In this document: piece after piece, positions 63,279 to 64,000 of the stretch
Layout of the letters: the number at the start of each line of letters is the position of its first letter
Numbering within the stretch: the first letter of the stretch is position 1
NCBI RefSeq assembly: GCF_037042905.1
Contig: NC_087257.1
Span: forward strand, 23,064,001-23,128,000
Source: Lytechinus pictus
Taxonomy: Eukaryota
Direction of reading: 5' to 3'
DNA length: 64,000 nucleotides
The notes under the pieces: model-generated
Databases searched by the model: none
What the model was told of the DNA's origin: nothing
What the model saw: the letters and a program-made list of their open reading frames with translations, nothing else
Position numbers and translations under genes: made by a program

Positions 63279-64000
63279 TAGGTTAAAGTTTCAGAAGTGA
63301 GGAGGCGTGGCAACTTTCTAAATCGTGTAATCCATTATTGTGCACCGTTAGAAATGATCGATCCGACAAATGGAAAGTACGAGATGAATATTATTGCCAT
63401 AGACATCAAATTGTTTGGAAAATAACACTCCAACGTGCAATTTGTATTTCATGTATTTGCGCAGAATGGAAAGATGATTGGAAGAGTCAAAAGCACGGAA
63501 AAGCAAAAGGGAGAGATATACTAGTATAGAGAGATATTGACGGACACAGAGAAGGGAGGGAGAGACAGTAAGGTGATTCACTTTAGGTGATCTGGCGCCC
63601 TCAGTATACAGATTGAATATATATGTAGACCGAATTCTCCCCAATGATGGTGTAATGGGTATTTTTTTTTAACCATCACTNNNNNNNNNNNNNNNNNNNN
63701 NNNNNNNNNNNNNNNNNNNNNNNNNNNNNNNNNNNNNNNNNNNNNNNNNNNNNNNNNNNNNNNNNNNNNNNNNNNNNNNNNNNNNNNNNNNNNNNNNNNN
63801 NNNNNNNNNNNNNNNNNNNNNNNNNNNNNNNNNNNNNNNNNNNNNNNNNNNNNNNNNNNNNNNNNNNNNNNNNNNNNNNNNNNNNNNNNNNNNNNNNNNN
63901 NNNNNNNNNNNNNNNNNNNNNNNNNNNNNNNNNTTTTAAATTTGTTATTCATTTGGCAAGTCATAATACAATTTATAGATGAATTCATATTTCGTTATCA

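Overview
Eukaryotic (animal) genomic DNA, AT-rich and repeat-dense, with four N gaps (about 438-633, 23215-23583, 60218-60780, 63681-63933). The repeat landscape looks like an invertebrate deuterostome, probably a sea urchin (inference). There are two convergent host genes. One is an INSIG orthologue on the + strand (CDS 8884-12761, about 248 aa, containing a U12-type minor intron). The other is a 10-coding-exon polypeptide GalNAc-transferase (GALNT) on the - strand (61379-18863, about 590 aa, with an atypical WGADA in place of the WGGEN motif). GALNT coding intron 3 (about 29 kb) contains the main discovery: a roughly 21-kb TIR-bounded, Kolobok-like DNA transposon (about 30482-51458) with two intact, spliced, convergent genes. 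These are a 6-exon THAP + DDE transposase (about 918 aa) and a 2-exon stand-alone P2X7 C-terminal 'ballast'-like Zn/guanine-nucleotide-binding protein (196 aa). The element also has mirrored subterminal motif islands, CpG-rich ends around a CpG-poor interior, a 7 x 125-bp array copying the end of the transposase gene, and nested MITEs. Many non-autonomous elements (Kolobok-, hAT-, Harbinger-, piggyBac-, EnSpm- and Sola-like) and one tRNA-derived SINE are present. Exon models were built by hand from splice signals and reading-frame continuity. No database searches were run.
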